Source: Planctomycetota bacterium
GTDB taxonomy: Bacteria; Planctomycetota; Planctomycetia; Pirellulales; Lacipirellulaceae
Reading direction: 5' to 3'
Length of the DNA stretch: 64,000 nt
Assembly (NCBI GenBank): GCA_039190745.1
Contig: JBCCXZ010000002.1
Coordinates: forward strand, 1-64,000
The number at the start of each line of letters is the position of its first letter. Positions within the stretch are counted from its first letter, which is position 1. A program made the position numbers and the translations under genes. Shown here piece by piece: positions 8,989 to 19,989 of the stretch. The notes under the pieces are model-generated. The model saw nothing but the letters and a program-made list of their open reading frames with translations, ran no database searches and had not been told where the DNA came from.

Positions 8989-10971
8989 TTAGCTCGCCAC
9001 GACCTCTTCAGCGGGGGCCGACTTCGCGGCCTGGCGTTCCTTCCAGACCTCTTCGATGATCTCGGCGCCGACGAGGCCGTAGAGCCGGGGGCGGGGCGGG
9101 ATCAGCGAGGTGTCGACGTCTTCGTATGAGATCTTCGGGTTGCCTTCTTCGTCGAACGAGGCGAGGGTGGTCTTGAGGAACTTGTCGTTCTTCTGTTGGA
9201 ACGAATCGCACCAAGCCTCTGCCTGGCGGCGTTTCTCGGCGGGGTCTTCGGCGTCGACGCCGGGCATGGCGAAGTCGGGCTTGTAGTGGGCGCCACGGCA
9301 CTCGTCTCGGGCGAGGGCGCCTTCGAGGATGGCCTTGGCCAGCGGGAACATGTCGAGCAAGGCTTTCGTGAAGATGACGTTCTGGTTGGTCCACTGGCCG
9401 GTGTCGGAGAGCGAGCACTGCTTGGCCCGGTCGGAGAGTTCGTGGACCTTGGCCAGTCCGTCGCGGATCTGGTCGTTCTCACGCACTACCAGTGCGGCGG
9501 TGGTCATTGTCTCGCCGAGTTCCTGGTGGATCAGGTACGGGTTCTCGCGGCCTGCCTGGCGTTTGAGCAGTTCGTCGTGCTCCATCTGCTTGACCGAACG
9601 CTGGCCGCGGTGGAGCTGATCGTACTTCTCGTCGCCCGCAGAGTCGGGGAGAGACTTGAGCATCGTCTCGACGCACGGGGCAACGAACAAGCCGGTGAAG
9701 ATGCAGGAGAGCAGTGAGTTGGCGCCCAGGCGGTTGCCGCCGTGGTACTGGTAGTCGCACTCGCCGATGGCGTAGAGGCCGGGGATGTTGGTCTGCTGGT
9801 TGCGGGGCGAGCCGGGCATGAGGCCGCCCTCGGCGGTCCGCTCGTAGTCGGCCCAGAGGCCGCCCATAGAGTAGTGCACGGCGGGGAAAATCTTCATGGG
9901 CTCTTCCCGCGGGTCGACGCCCTGGAACTTCTCGTAAATGTGCAAGATGCCGCCGAGCTTGCGGTCGAGCTCGCTGCGCTCGATGTGCGTGAGGTCGAGG
10001 TAGACGCTGTTGCGGTCGGTTTCGACGCTGAGGCCTTCGTTGACACAGACGTTGAAGATCTCGCGGGTGGCAATGTCGCGGGGGACGAGGTTGCCGTAGG
10101 CGGGGTAGCGCTCTTCCAGGAAGTAGTAGCGCTCGGTTTCGGGGATCTCGCGGGGCGACCGCTGGTCGTGAGGCGTGCGGGGGACCCAGACGCGTCCGCC
10201 CTCGCCGCGGGCGCTCTCGCTCATCAGGCGGCACTTGTCGGCTCCTGGGATGGCGGTCGGGTGGACCTGAATGAACTCGCCGTTGGCGTAGGGGACGCCG
10301 GCCTGGGCGGCGCGGCTAGCGGCGCTGCCGTTGCAGGCCATGCTCATGGTGCTGCGGCCGTAGATGAGCCCGCAGCCGCCGGTGGCCAGGAGGACCGCGT
10401 CTGCGGGGAAGGCGCGGATCTCCATAGTGACGAGGTTCTGTGCGACGGCCCCGCGGCAGCGTCCGTCGTCGTCGAGAACGGGGCTGAGGAAGTCCCAGCC
10501 CTCGTACATTTCGACGCGGCCGGCGGCTTTCCAGCGGCGGACCTGCTCGTCGAGTGCGTAGATGAGCTGCTGGCCGGTGGTGGCCCCGGCGAAGGCGGTG
10601 CGCTTGTAGAGCGTGCCGCCGAAGCGGCGTTGGTCGCGGAAGCCTTCTTTCGTGCGGTTGAAGGGCACGCCGAGGCGGTCCATCAGGTCGATGATCTTCG
10701 GCGCCCAGTCGGCCATCTCTTTGACGGGCGGCTGGTGCTGGAGGAAATCGCCGCCGTAGACGGTGTCGTCGAAGTGCTTGTACTCGTTGTCGCCCTGCTC
10801 GCGGGTGAGGCTGTTGACGCTGTTGATGCCGCCCTGGGCGCAGACGCTGTGAGAGCGTTTGACGGGGGTGAGGCTCATGCAGTCGACGTTGACGCCGAGC
10901 TCAGCCAGCTTCATGGTGGCGGCGAGGCCGGCGAGGCCTCCGCCGACGACGAGGACGCGTTGTTCGGGCAT
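8989..10971 (-). CDS. sdhA: Succinate dehydrogenase flavoprotein subunit (Bacillus-type)
   Basis: VVGGGLAG, RSHSVCAQGG (covalent FAD His), QVHPT, SESARGEGG, HYSMGG, HGGNRLGANSL and ECRGAH. Confidence 0.96.
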   Translation of the reverse strand: MPEQRVLVVGGGLAGLAATMKLAELGVNVDCMSLTPVKRSHSVCAQGGINSVNSLTREQGDNEYKHFDDTVYGGDFLQHQPPVKEMADWAPKIIDLMDRLGVPFNRTKEGFRDQRRFGGTLYKRTAFAGATTGQQLIYALDEQVRRWKAAGRVEMYEGWDFLSPVLDDDGRCRGAVAQNLVTMEIRAFPADAVLLATGGCGLIYGRSTMSMACNGSAASRAAQAGVPYANGEFIQVHPTAIPGADKCRLMSESARGEGGRVWVPRTPHDQRSPREIPETERYYFLEERYPAYGNLVPRDIATREIFNVCVNEGLSVETDRNSVYLDLTHIERSELDRKLGGILHIYEKFQGVDPREEPMKIFPAVHYSMGGLWADYERTAEGGLMPGSPRNQQTNIPGLYAIGECDYQYHGGNRLGANSLLSCIFTGLFVAPCVETMLKSLPDSAGDEKYDQLHRGQRSVKQMEHDELLKRQAGRENPYLIHQELGETMTTAALVVRENDQIRDGLAKVHELSDRAKQCSLSDTGQWTNQNVIFTKALLDMFPLAKAILEGALARDECRGAHYKPDFAMPGVDAEDPAEKRRQAEAWCDSFQQKNDKFLKTTLASFDEEGNPKISYEDVDTSLIPPRPRLYGLVGAEIIEEVWKERQAAKSAPAEEVVAS

Positions 10972-11041
10972 GGGTGGCTCCGGCCGGAGGCCGATTCAAG
11001 GGCAACGATCGTGATACTATCTGGATTCTCTGAAAGGCCGC

Positions 11042-11938
11042 CTACTTACTCTGGGAGACCGGCGCGACGGGAGTGGCTTTAACGGGGCGGCGGAGCGCGG
11101 CGTCGACTTCGGCGTCGGACTCGGTATTGGCCTCTTCACCGTGCGGCTCGCCGCGTCGTTTGTGCGGTTTTTCCTTGATCTCTCCGGAAGCGATCTTGGC
11201 GTTGTACATCTGGTCTTCGACGGCTATCGCCTCTTCGAACGCCTCACCGGAACCCTGAGCCCGCAGGCCGAAGAGGCCGCTCATGCCGACGACGGCCAGT
11301 CCGATGCCGAATACTGTGCAGAGGGCGGAAGCCCGCATCTGTGCCTTGGGACTCGTCCAGGCGCCCCAGGTGATGCCCATGGTCCAGATGCCGTTGGCGA
11401 GGTGGAAGACGCTGGAGAGGACGCCGATGACGTAGAGGGCGACCCACCCGAAGCCCTGCAGGGCCTCGCCGCCGGTGGAGGCGGCACTATAGGGGCGGAA
11501 CTGGTGGCCCCCGAGCGGGTCGGCGATCTTCTCGATCCACAGCTGGTTGTGGAACCAGCCGTGCATGTGGAAGACGTGCAGCATGATGAAGACGAACGCG
11601 ATCATGCCGCTGGCCCGCTGGGCGGTGTAGCGCCAGTTGGCCGTGTAGGGGTAGTTCTGGGTGTTGGGCAGCCCGCCCTTGATAATCACAACGCCAATAA
11701 TGGCGTGGAACAAGATCGGGATAAAAATGAACACCCATTCGACAAGCGGCAGGAGCGAGCCGAGGCTGTGGATGTTGAAGACGTTCTTTTGAAACGTCGC
11801 GGGGCTCTCGAGGACGCTGGCATTCACAATAAGGTGAACGCACATGAACGCGCCGACGGGGATGAGGCCGCTGAGGGAGTGCAGGCGGCGGATGAGGAAG
11901 TCGTTGCGAACGAGAAACGAAGACTGAGAGCTTTCCAC
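11042..11938 (-). CDS. sdhC: Succinate dehydrogenase cytochrome b558 subunit
   Basis: RRLHSLSGLIPVG, multiple TM helices with heme His residues and FHLANGIW; lies directly upstream of sdhA. Confidence 0.93.
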   Translation of the reverse strand: MESSQSSFLVRNDFLIRRLHSLSGLIPVGAFMCVHLIVNASVLESPATFQKNVFNIHSLGSLLPLVEWVFIFIPILFHAIIGVVIIKGGLPNTQNYPYTANWRYTAQRASGMIAFVFIMLHVFHMHGWFHNQLWIEKIADPLGGHQFRPYSAASTGGEALQGFGWVALYVIGVLSSVFHLANGIWTMGITWGAWTSPKAQMRASALCTVFGIGLAVVGMSGLFGLRAQGSGEAFEEAIAVEDQMYNAKIASGEIKEKPHKRRGEPHGEEANTESDAEVDAALRRPVKATPVAPVSQSK

Positions 11939-12143
11939 GCTGGCGGTCCTTATGGAGCCGGCCGCATCGGGACCGGCTGAGGAGTGGCTACCGCCTTAGT
12001 ATAGAGGGCCTCCTGAGCCCCGCAACCGGAACGAGCGTGGGTGAGCGATTCAGAAAAGCAACACGCACAAATGCAAAGCGGCGCCGACCCGATGAAAGGT
12101 CGACGCCGCTGGTGTTCGCTCAGTGGGCCATTGGCTGCAGAGG

Positions 12144-13667
12144 CTAGTTGGCGCCTGCTTCGGCAGCTTTCGCGTCGTATTCGGCGGCCAGCTCGGGTCG
12201 GTCGAGTTCCCGCAATGCGTTTGCGGCGGCCCGGTAGTAGTCTGCGGACTCCGGGTTGTTGAGGATCGCGAGCTGGTATGAGTCGAGCGCCTTTTGATAT
12301 TCGCCCAGGCGTTCGTGGGTAATGCCCCGCAGGTAGTAGTGGTTCGCCTCGGAGGGCTCGTTGCGGATCGCCTGGTTGAAGTTGTTGATCGCCTTCTGGA
12401 AGCTGCCGACCTGCACGTAGGCCAGGGCCCGATTGACATAGGCCAGCGAGAAGCTCTGGTTGCGGGCGATCGCCTCGCCGTACGCGTCGATCGCCTGGCG
12501 GTAGTCGCCCTCCTGGGCGTAGGTGAACCCGGTCCAGAGGTGGGCCAGCGGGTCGTCGAAGTCGATGGAGGTGGCCTCTTCGAAGTCGCCGCGGGCGAGT
12601 GCGTCTTGGCCCTGGTAGTGCCAGCAGATGCCCCGCTTGAGGAACGCATTCGCGAGATACTGGGCGTCTTCGCCAGGGGGCACGATCTGGATGGCGTCGT
12701 TGAACGCCTTGATGGCCTCGCTGTAGCGCTCGAGCATCCGCAGGGCGACACCGCGGCGGTAGAACGCGAGCCCCGACTCGGGGTACTGGTCGGGGTACTC
12801 CGCCAGTACCGCGTCGGTATCAACTAGGATCGCCTCGTACTGTGCCTTGGCAAGTTCGGGGTCTTCGGGGTTTTCTTTCGCGATCCTCAGCCGGGCGTCG
12901 GCCACGATGATGTAGCCGTTGACGAAGATCTCGGGGTCGGTGCTCTCTTCGGGCTCGTAGTTGGCTATCGCCTGCTCGAGCGCCCCGATGGCTTCTTCGA
13001 ACTCCTCTTCGTAGAGGTAGACGTTGGCCAGCGTGGCGTACGTCTCGTGGTTCTCCGGGTCGAGCTCGGCGGACTTCGTGAGGTCTTCGGCGGCTTCTTC
13101 GAAGTCACGGAGCTGGGTCTTGGCCCAGCCGCGGTTGCTCCAGGCCTCGGCGTTTTCGGGGTCGAGCTCGATCGCCTTGTCCAGCACCTTGATGGCCTTC
13201 TTCGCGTCGCCCAACACCTTGATGAGCACTTCGCCGTAGCTGGCGGCGATCTCCGAGTTGCGGCGGTCGAGGTCGTAGGCGGTTTCGAAGTCGCTCAGGG
13301 CGATGTCGTACTGGCCAATCTCTTCGTAGCTTTGGCCGCGGCCGAGGAAGGCGGTCGCCCGCTTGGGGTCGAGGTCGATCGCTTCGATGTAGCTCTGGAT
13401 GGCGGTTTGGTAGTCTTCCAATTCCTTGAGGGCGTCGGCCCGGAGGAGCAGGGCTTCGACAAAGACCTCGTCGTACTCGATGGCCTGGGACGCGGCTGCG
13501 ACGGCGTCTTCGTAGCGTTCCTCGTCAAATGCGGCCTGCGCCTGCTGGAGGGCCTCGTCCGCCTCGGGCGGGCGGCCGAGCCCGAGCTGGGCGTAGGCGG
13601 CCGCCGCCGGAAAGGTGGCGGCGAGTGTGAACAGGGTCAGCAGTGCGGTGCGGTGCGTGCGGTTCAT
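12144..13667 (-). CDS. Secreted tetratricopeptide repeat protein
   Basis: Signal peptide and many TPR units (AIELDPENAEAWSNRG, AYVNRALAY, HYYLRG). Confidence 0.92.
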   Translation of the reverse strand: MNRTHRTALLTLFTLAATFPAAAAYAQLGLGRPPEADEALQQAQAAFDEERYEDAVAAASQAIEYDEVFVEALLLRADALKELEDYQTAIQSYIEAIDLDPKRATAFLGRGQSYEEIGQYDIALSDFETAYDLDRRNSEIAASYGEVLIKVLGDAKKAIKVLDKAIELDPENAEAWSNRGWAKTQLRDFEEAAEDLTKSAELDPENHETYATLANVYLYEEEFEEAIGALEQAIANYEPEESTDPEIFVNGYIIVADARLRIAKENPEDPELAKAQYEAILVDTDAVLAEYPDQYPESGLAFYRRGVALRMLERYSEAIKAFNDAIQIVPPGEDAQYLANAFLKRGICWHYQGQDALARGDFEEATSIDFDDPLAHLWTGFTYAQEGDYRQAIDAYGEAIARNQSFSLAYVNRALAYVQVGSFQKAINNFNQAIRNEPSEANHYYLRGITHERLGEYQKALDSYQLAILNNPESADYYRAAANALRELDRPELAAEYDAKAAEAGAN

Positions 13668-13971
13668 CGCGGTTTCCTGGTCCGGCGGGTTGCCTGCCGA
13701 GGCCGGCCTGATGGGGCGGCGGGCGTCTACTGGGTCTAGCGTGGTCGGGCGTCTTGCGTGTTCGGGCCTGCGGCCTGGGCAGACGCGAGATTGCAGTCTC
13801 TCAGACGAAGCGGGCAGGGTGGTTGTTCCATCCTACCACTGCCCTCGCAACGCTCACCGCGTTTGGCGCAGAAGCCCGGTCGAAATGTGCGCCGAACCTA
13901 ACGGTTAGACGGAGGATGCGACTGGGGCAGGCGGGGATAGCCCTGGAAAGCCCCGGCCGGCTTGGGTCGGC

Positions 13972-14475
13972 TTAGAGTTCCGGGTCTGGGTCGCCCTCGT
14001 CCCGGTTGGCGGGGACGGCCCGGCGGCCGTAGGGGCCGGCTGTGACGTTGTAGTCTTCGGCGAAGCTGATGGCCTCTTCATCAGTGAACTCCCGCGGGAT
14101 GGTGCGGGCGAACTCGCCGAACTGGTAGATATGCACCAAGTGGTCGGTCGGGGGGCCAGCGGGCTTCTCCGGCTCGGGGGCCGTCGCTTCGGAGGCCTCC
14201 TCGGAGGCTTCTGCCTCTGCGGCGATTGGCGCTTCCTCCGGCGTGTTGTCCTCCGGCTGAGCCTCGTCTGCCTCGTCGACAGCCTTCTTGGCGGCCTTCG
14301 CCTTCTTCGGTCGGGCCTTCTTCTTGGCGGGTGCGGCCTTCTTTTTCTTTGCGGGCCGCTTCGGCTTGGGCTCGTCCTCTTCGACCTCAGAATCGTCGCC
14401 GTCGGCGGTTAGGTCGTCATCGTCGTCGACGAAGTCAAAGTCGTCTCCGAACAGTTCGTCGTCGTCGAATCCCAT
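13972..14475 (-). CDS. Hypothetical protein with acidic N-terminus and Lys/Ala-rich (histone H1-like) segment
   Basis: Start refined to MGFDDDELFG; contains PAKKKKAAPAKKKARPKKAKAAKKA followed by a small globular C-terminus. Confidence 0.7.
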   Translation of the reverse strand: MGFDDDELFGDDFDFVDDDDDLTADGDDSEVEEDEPKPKRPAKKKKAAPAKKKARPKKAKAAKKAVDEADEAQPEDNTPEEAPIAAEAEASEEASEATAPEPEKPAGPPTDHLVHIYQFGEFARTIPREFTDEEAISFAEDYNVTAGPYGRRAVPANRDEGDPDPEL

Positions 14476-14652
14476 GACAGGGGGGTCGCCTTCGTGTGTT
14501 GCCGGCGGAGTATGACCCGCCGGCGGTGGAGAGAGACCGGCAACCGTTGTGGGCCGCCGATGGTTACGCTCAACCGCGTCCAAGAATCAAGCACACAGTA
14601 TCCGACGCCGCAAAGGCACCGTCAACGGGGCCCACGGAGGGCGGCGGGGCTT

Positions 14653-16392
14653 CTAGCGGGCGGCGACCCGGCGGCGGGCGGCCTCGACGCCGACCTCCAA
14701 GACACGGTCGCTCGCCGGGGCGGCCTGGGCGCCGGCGATCGGCTTGGCGACCACTCGCACCTGGTCGTGCGGCTGGATGCCGTGCTTGCTGATCGGCTTG
14801 CCGTTGGGGGAGTAGAACTTGGCGGTGGTCAGGCGGATGCCGGCGCCGGCGTAGCCGAGCGGGAAGATGCCCTGGACCGAGCCCTTGCCGAAGGAGGTCT
14901 GTCCGACGATGGTCCCGCGGCCGTTGTCTTTGATGGCCCCGGCGAAGATCTCACTGGCGCTGGCGCTGTCGCCGTCGATGAGCACCACCAGGGGGACCCG
15001 CCAGGTGCCGCCGTAGTGAGCCTTGTAGTTGAAGTCTTCCTGGGGACTGCGTCCCCGCGTGGAGACGATGTTGCCGCGGGTGAGGAACTTGTCGGCCACT
15101 TCCACGGCCGCGGTCAGCAGGCCGCCGGGGTTGCCGCGGAGGTCGAGCACCAGCGACCGCATGCCCTGGCGGTGGAGGTCCCAGAGGGCCGCCTCGAGGT
15201 CGCGGGCGGTGGTCTTCTGGAAGGCGGGGATGCGGACGTAGGCGACGCCGTAGTCGGAATCGATGATCTTCGGGTCTTCGAGGCTGGGCACCTCGACGTG
15301 CTCGCGGCGGACGTTCAGGACGCGGGGCTGCTTGCCGGGCGTGTAGGCGGTGACGCGGACCCAGCTGCCCTCGGGGCCGGTGAGGAGCGAGGCGGCCTCG
15401 TCGGTCGACATCTCCGCGGTGCTCTGGCCGTCGACCGCGACGATGCGGTCGCCGTCGATGATGCCGGCCCGCTCGGCGGGGCTGCCGGGAATGACGTGGA
15501 CGATCAGCAGGGCCCCGCCGTCGGCTTTGAGCTCGACGCCTAGACCGACGAAGTTGCCCTCGATCTGTGAGTAAACGTCGCGGAGCTGGTCGGAGGTGAG
15601 GAAGTCGGAGTAATCGTCCAGCCCGCCGGCGGCGGCGGTGACGAACTCCATGAGCACGGCCGTCTGGGGGATGCCGGCGCGGGCCTCGGCGGTGCGGGCA
15701 AACTGGGCGGCGAGTTCGACCAGGTCGGAGGAGCGTTGCGGGCGGCGGTCGGAGACCATCCGGTCGAGCGTGCCGCGGAGGTTGCTGCCTGCCAGGTTGT
15801 TGGCGGCCAAGCGGTGGAACGCGGTAAAGTCTTCGTTCGTGAGGGCGACGTCGACCGCGCGGGCGGCCCGGCTGGCGAGCCCCGGCCAGGGCGGGGTCAC
15901 CACGTAGTGGGCGTTGATCTTCCGGAGCAGCTCGGAGTAGAGCGAGAGCGTCTGGCTGGGCGTGAGCGTGCGGAGCGACTGCTGGAAGCTGCGGTCGTGG
16001 TACCGCCGCTCGAGGCTGTAGTGCATCCGGGCCAGGTCTTGCCGGGCGAGCAGTTCTTCGCTGCCGGGGTGCTGCCGGAGCGACTGTTCGTAGAGTGTGA
16101 GGGCGTCGCCCCAGCGCCGGTTGGTTTCCAGCTCGAGGCCGCGCTGAAGGATGCCTGGCAGGGTGAGGCCGTAATCGGGCTCTGCCGGGATGGTGATCGG
16201 CTCGGGCGTCGGCAGCGACGGGCTCGACTGAGGCGTAGTCGACGGAGCCGGGACCAGCGTCGACTGGGCCGTCGCGGCCGAGGGGGCCAGCAGCAGCGCC
16301 GCCGCCAGGATCGCACCGGTACGCACGGGGTTACCAAACCGTGCAGCAAGGCCGCGTGCAGCGAGACAAAGAGACGAGACCCGACTGGGCAT
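14653..16392 (-). CDS. S41 family carboxyl-terminal processing protease (PDZ)
   Basis: GLGV PDZ motif, LDLRGNPGG, SASASE catalytic Ser, GKGSVQ catalytic Lys, and a signal peptide. Confidence 0.94.
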   Translation of the reverse strand: MPSRVSSLCLAARGLAARFGNPVRTGAILAAALLLAPSAATAQSTLVPAPSTTPQSSPSLPTPEPITIPAEPDYGLTLPGILQRGLELETNRRWGDALTLYEQSLRQHPGSEELLARQDLARMHYSLERRYHDRSFQQSLRTLTPSQTLSLYSELLRKINAHYVVTPPWPGLASRAARAVDVALTNEDFTAFHRLAANNLAGSNLRGTLDRMVSDRRPQRSSDLVELAAQFARTAEARAGIPQTAVLMEFVTAAAGGLDDYSDFLTSDQLRDVYSQIEGNFVGLGVELKADGGALLIVHVIPGSPAERAGIIDGDRIVAVDGQSTAEMSTDEAASLLTGPEGSWVRVTAYTPGKQPRVLNVRREHVEVPSLEDPKIIDSDYGVAYVRIPAFQKTTARDLEAALWDLHRQGMRSLVLDLRGNPGGLLTAAVEVADKFLTRGNIVSTRGRSPQEDFNYKAHYGGTWRVPLVVLIDGDSASASEIFAGAIKDNGRGTIVGQTSFGKGSVQGIFPLGYAGAGIRLTTAKFYSPNGKPISKHGIQPHDQVRVVAKPIAGAQAAPASDRVLEVGVEAARRRVAAR

Positions 16393-16935
16393 ATGGTGCT
16401 TCTTCCGTGCAGGGGGGTATCACGTCGCCATCGCACGGCCTCAGGCCACGCGGCGGGCTCCGCAGCCAACGGGTCGCACTTCGTGGTCGACCCGGTCGAA
16501 AGCGGCGGCGGAAGCGGCTCAAGCTCGCCGGCCAGAGTGAATATAGTTCACGCAAAAAAGCCGGTCAAAAAACTCGGCGCCACAAATCCGCGGTTCTTCC
16601 AGGGGCGACGCGACACGACCGTCACAGGCGTTGTGTCGCACGCGCCGGGGGCGTTCGCACGACAACGGGCAGCGGTCGTGGGGCTGGTAGCGCCTGACGA
16701 AGAACGCCGGGCTGCGCCGGTTCGGCAAGGCAAGCCCGCACGAAGGGCGGCGTGTTGTGTAAGCATCGTGCCGATGAGTCCGGCGCATCTCGTCGCCGGT
16801 GGACGCCCGATAATACGGGGTACATGGTCGCTTGGTTCACGATCTCACCAAAACGGGTGCGTTGCTGGCGCCGGGGTTGGGGTGGTAGCTTGGGCCGAAT
16901 CGCCCCTCCACGTAGACCCGCTGCAGAGCCGCCCC

Positions 16936-18534
16936 ATGAGTGACCGACTGCCGATCCGCAACGCCCTGCTGAGCATGAGCGACAAGACCGGGCTGGCCGA
17001 GTTCGGCCAGCGGCTCGCCGAGGCGGGCGTGCGGCTGTACAGCACCGGGGGCACCCGCCGCACGCTCGAAGAAGCCGGCGTGCCGGTGATCGACGTGGCC
17101 GAGTACACCGACTTCCCCGAAATGATGGGCGGCCGTGTGAAGACGCTGCACCCGAAGGTGCACGGGGGGATCCTCTTCCGCCGCGACGACGAGCAGCACG
17201 CGGCCGCGGCGGCCGAGCACGGCATCGAGCCGATCGACCTGGTGGCGGTGAACCTGTACCCGTTCGCGGAGACCGTGGCGCGTGAAGGCGTGACCGAGCC
17301 GGAGGCGGTTGAGCAGATCGACATCGGCGGGCCGTCGATGCTGCGGTCGGCGGCGAAAAACCATGCTTGGGTGTCGGTGGTGACCGACCCCGGGCAGTAC
17401 GAAGAGCTGCTCGGCGAGCTTGCGGAGGGCGGGACGACGTTCGGGTTGCGCCGCAACCTGGCGGCGGCGGCGTTCGACCGCACGGCTCAGTACGATCGGA
17501 TGATCGCCCAGTTCTTCCTAAGGGAGGAGGGTTTCCTGAGAGAGGAATTCCTGAGAGAGGAAGACGGCGTGTTCCCCGCCGCGGCGTCGCTGCAACCCGA
17601 GCGGCGGGCGGTGCTGCGTTACGGCGAGAACCCTCACCAGCAGGCGGCGCTCTACGCGTTGCCGAACGCTGCGCCGACGAGCCTGCTCCACGCCGAGCAG
17701 CTCAACGGCAAGGAGCTGTCTTACAACAACCTGCTAGATCTCGACGCTGCACTGGCGCTGGCGCGTTCGTTGCCGACGCCGGGGATCGCGGTGCTGAAGC
17801 ACAACAACCCGTGCGGCGCCGCGACGGCGGGGACGCTTGCCGAAGCGGTTGAGGCGGCCTGGGCGGGCGATCCGGTGAGCGCGTTCGGGTCGGTCTTGGG
17901 CGTGAACGTTCCGGTCGACGGGTCGACGGCCGAGTTCCTGGCCGAGCCGGGGCGGTTTGTCGAGGCGATCGTGGCGCCCGACTTCACGCCGGAGGCGCTC
18001 GAAGTGCTGACCACCAAACCGAAATGGCGGGCGAACGTGCGGCTGATGAAGGTGGGTGAAGTGGCCGAAGGTAGCGGCTCGCTCCAATGGCGGCAGATCG
18101 ACGGCGGGCTGCTCGCGCAGCAGGCCGACGACCTGCCCGACGACAACAGCGAGTGGAAGGTGGTGACCGACGCGGCGCCGGACGATCGGCTGCGGGGCGA
18201 GTTGGCGTTCGCCTGGGCGGCTTGCCGGCACGTGAAGTCAAACGCAATCGTGCTCGCCCGAGACGGGGCGCTCGTGGGGGTGGGGGCGGGGCAGATGAGC
18301 CGGGTCGACTCGGTCGAGATCGCGATCCGCAAGGCGGGCGACCGCTCGGCGGGATCGGTGCTCGCCTCGGACGCCTTTTTCCCGTTCGACGACTCGATCC
18401 GCGAGGCTGCCAAGGCGGGCGTGTCGGCCGTGATCCAGCCGGGCGGGTCGAAACGGGACGCGGAGGTGATCGCGGCCTGCAACGAACACGGGCTGCCGAT
18501 GGTGTTTACGGGCCGGCGGCACTTCCGGCATTAG
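16936..18534 (+). CDS. purH: Bifunctional AICAR transformylase / IMP cyclohydrolase
   Basis: [53 protein letters not shown] and RHFRH. Start refined to MSDRLP. Confidence 0.97.
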   Translation: MSDRLPIRNALLSMSDKTGLAEFGQRLAEAGVRLYSTGGTRRTLEEAGVPVIDVAEYTDFPEMMGGRVKTLHPKVHGGILFRRDDEQHAAAAAEHGIEPIDLVAVNLYPFAETVAREGVTEPEAVEQIDIGGPSMLRSAAKNHAWVSVVTDPGQYEELLGELAEGGTTFGLRRNLAAAAFDRTAQYDRMIAQFFLREEGFLREEFLREEDGVFPAAASLQPERRAVLRYGENPHQQAALYALPNAAPTSLLHAEQLNGKELSYNNLLDLDAALALARSLPTPGIAVLKHNNPCGAATAGTLAEAVEAAWAGDPVSAFGSVLGVNVPVDGSTAEFLAEPGRFVEAIVAPDFTPEALEVLTTKPKWRANVRLMKVGEVAEGSGSLQWRQIDGGLLAQQADDLPDDNSEWKVVTDAAPDDRLRGELAFAWAACRHVKSNAIVLARDGALVGVGAGQMSRVDSVEIAIRKAGDRSAGSVLASDAFFPFDDSIREAAKAGVSAVIQPGGSKRDAEVIAACNEHGLPMVFTGRRHFRH

Positions 18535-18595
18535 GCACCTGGGCATTCGATCTGGGGTGCGACGCCGCACTGGCGAGATGTCAGAGCCAACCCTC

Positions 18596-18629
18596 CCAGC
18601 GGGGGCGGGGCCGCTCTGCTGGTTTTTTT
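18596..18629 (+). terminator. Rho-independent terminator after purH
   Basis: ccagc...gctgg GC-rich stem followed by T7. Confidence 0.6.
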
Positions 18630-18761
18630 GGGGGTCTTCGGCGATACTGTAGGGCTGGGGCAAGAGTGCCGCCGCGGGCCCATCCATCTTGCGTTTATCG
18701 ATTCCGTCCCGGCGGCCCCGGAACAGCGTGTCCCCCGAACACAGCCCGAGGAGGTCTCGTC

Positions 18762-19925
18762 ATGCGAAGTGTCTTGCGCGATCCGTCCGCCGCGTGCCGC
18801 CCGAGCGGCCGCCGCGGTTTTACGTTGGTCGAACTGCTGGTGGTGATCGCGATCATCGGCACGCTGGTGGGCTTGCTGCTGCCGGCGGTGAACAGTGCTC
18901 GGGAGAGTGCTCGGCGCTCGAGCTGTGTGAACAATCTCAAAAACCTGGGGCAGGCACTGGTCGACTTCGGCACCAACGACAAAGGGAAGTTCCCGGGGTG
19001 GATCCAGAACGTCAAGTCGTTGCCGAACGTGGGAGCCAATAACTACGTTCAGCAGTCTGATCCAGACGACGGCACGCAGGACGACGTGCTGATGTCTTGG
19101 GCTGCCCGCCTGCTCTCTCGGCTTGAGAACCAGCCGCTGTACGACACGATACTCTCGAACAACAACGGGAACGGCTTCAACTACGAAGCCCCGCCTGTCC
19201 TCGAAATTTTTCAATGCCCTAGTGATTCACGGCCTGTCTCGCAGGGAGGCTTCTTAACCTACGTTGCGAATACCGGCCAGTACGACTTCGCCGCGGGGGG
19301 CGGCGGAGTGGATGGCTGGGGCAACGATGTCGGGATCGAGACCAACAATTTCAACGGTTTGTTCAAGAACCTCCTAGAAAACACAAGCGGGGGTGTGCGT
19401 TTCTCGTCCGACGTCAAGGACGGCGCAGGCACCACGTTGATGCTCAGCGAGAATGTCCACAAAGACTCTGAGGCGAATATCCGCGGCCAAACCTTTTTCA
19501 ATTGGTTGGCACCCAATTTCATGTATACAACCGGTGGCAATAGGCCAGAGAACGCCTTGAGGGCCGAGCAAGCTTACGGCATGACATGGCTCTACAACGC
19601 GGACGGAAACGGCGTGCCTACTACTGATCAAGCTCAACCCTTTAATAAGGACGTGGCGGAGGCACAGGAGTTCATCAACTACGAGGACCCAGACGGAACT
19701 CCTGGCGTGCCTTACGCCCGTCCCGCCAGCGACCACCCGGAGGTGTTCAACGCCTGTTTCGCCGACGGCACGGCACGGGGTATCAGCGAAACCATCGACT
19801 ACCGGGTGTACCAGCAGCTGATGACGCCCAACGGCGACAAGGCCTTGGACTGGAACGGTAACACAGATCAGGTCCAGATGCGTTTGGACTTCGGAGCCAT
19901 TCAACTGTCGGACTCCGATTTCTGA
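18762..19925 (+). CDS. DUF1559 family prepilin-type N-terminal cleavage/methylation protein
   Basis: [63 protein letters not shown] and [12 protein letters not shown]. Confidence 0.93.
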   Translation: MRSVLRDPSAACRPSGRRGFTLVELLVVIAIIGTLVGLLLPAVNSARESARRSSCVNNLKNLGQALVDFGTNDKGKFPGWIQNVKSLPNVGANNYVQQSDPDDGTQDDVLMSWAARLLSRLENQPLYDTILSNNNGNGFNYEAPPVLEIFQCPSDSRPVSQGGFLTYVANTGQYDFAAGGGGVDGWGNDVGIETNNFNGLFKNLLENTSGGVRFSSDVKDGAGTTLMLSENVHKDSEANIRGQTFFNWLAPNFMYTTGGNRPENALRAEQAYGMTWLYNADGNGVPTTDQAQPFNKDVAEAQEFINYEDPDGTPGVPYARPASDHPEVFNACFADGTARGISETIDYRVYQQLMTPNGDKALDWNGNTDQVQMRLDFGAIQLSDSDF

Positions 19926-19989
19926 TTCTGCTTGATATCCCGTCTGTGCGAGGTCGATCGCTTAAGTTACTCATCCGGATGTTACTGTC

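Noticed and set aside
15736..16935. Apparent 932-aa PurH fusion
   Set aside because: The extra 400 aa is largely antisense to the S41 protease. PurH motifs begin at 16936.
16780..16935. ZMP/ZTP riboswitch upstream of purH
   Set aside because: Expected from context, but its conserved elements were not recognisable. An Rfam search would settle it.
18087..18761. N-terminal extension of the DUF1559 ORF
   Set aside because: It overlaps purH out of frame and crosses a terminator. The SD and prepilin motif support 18762.
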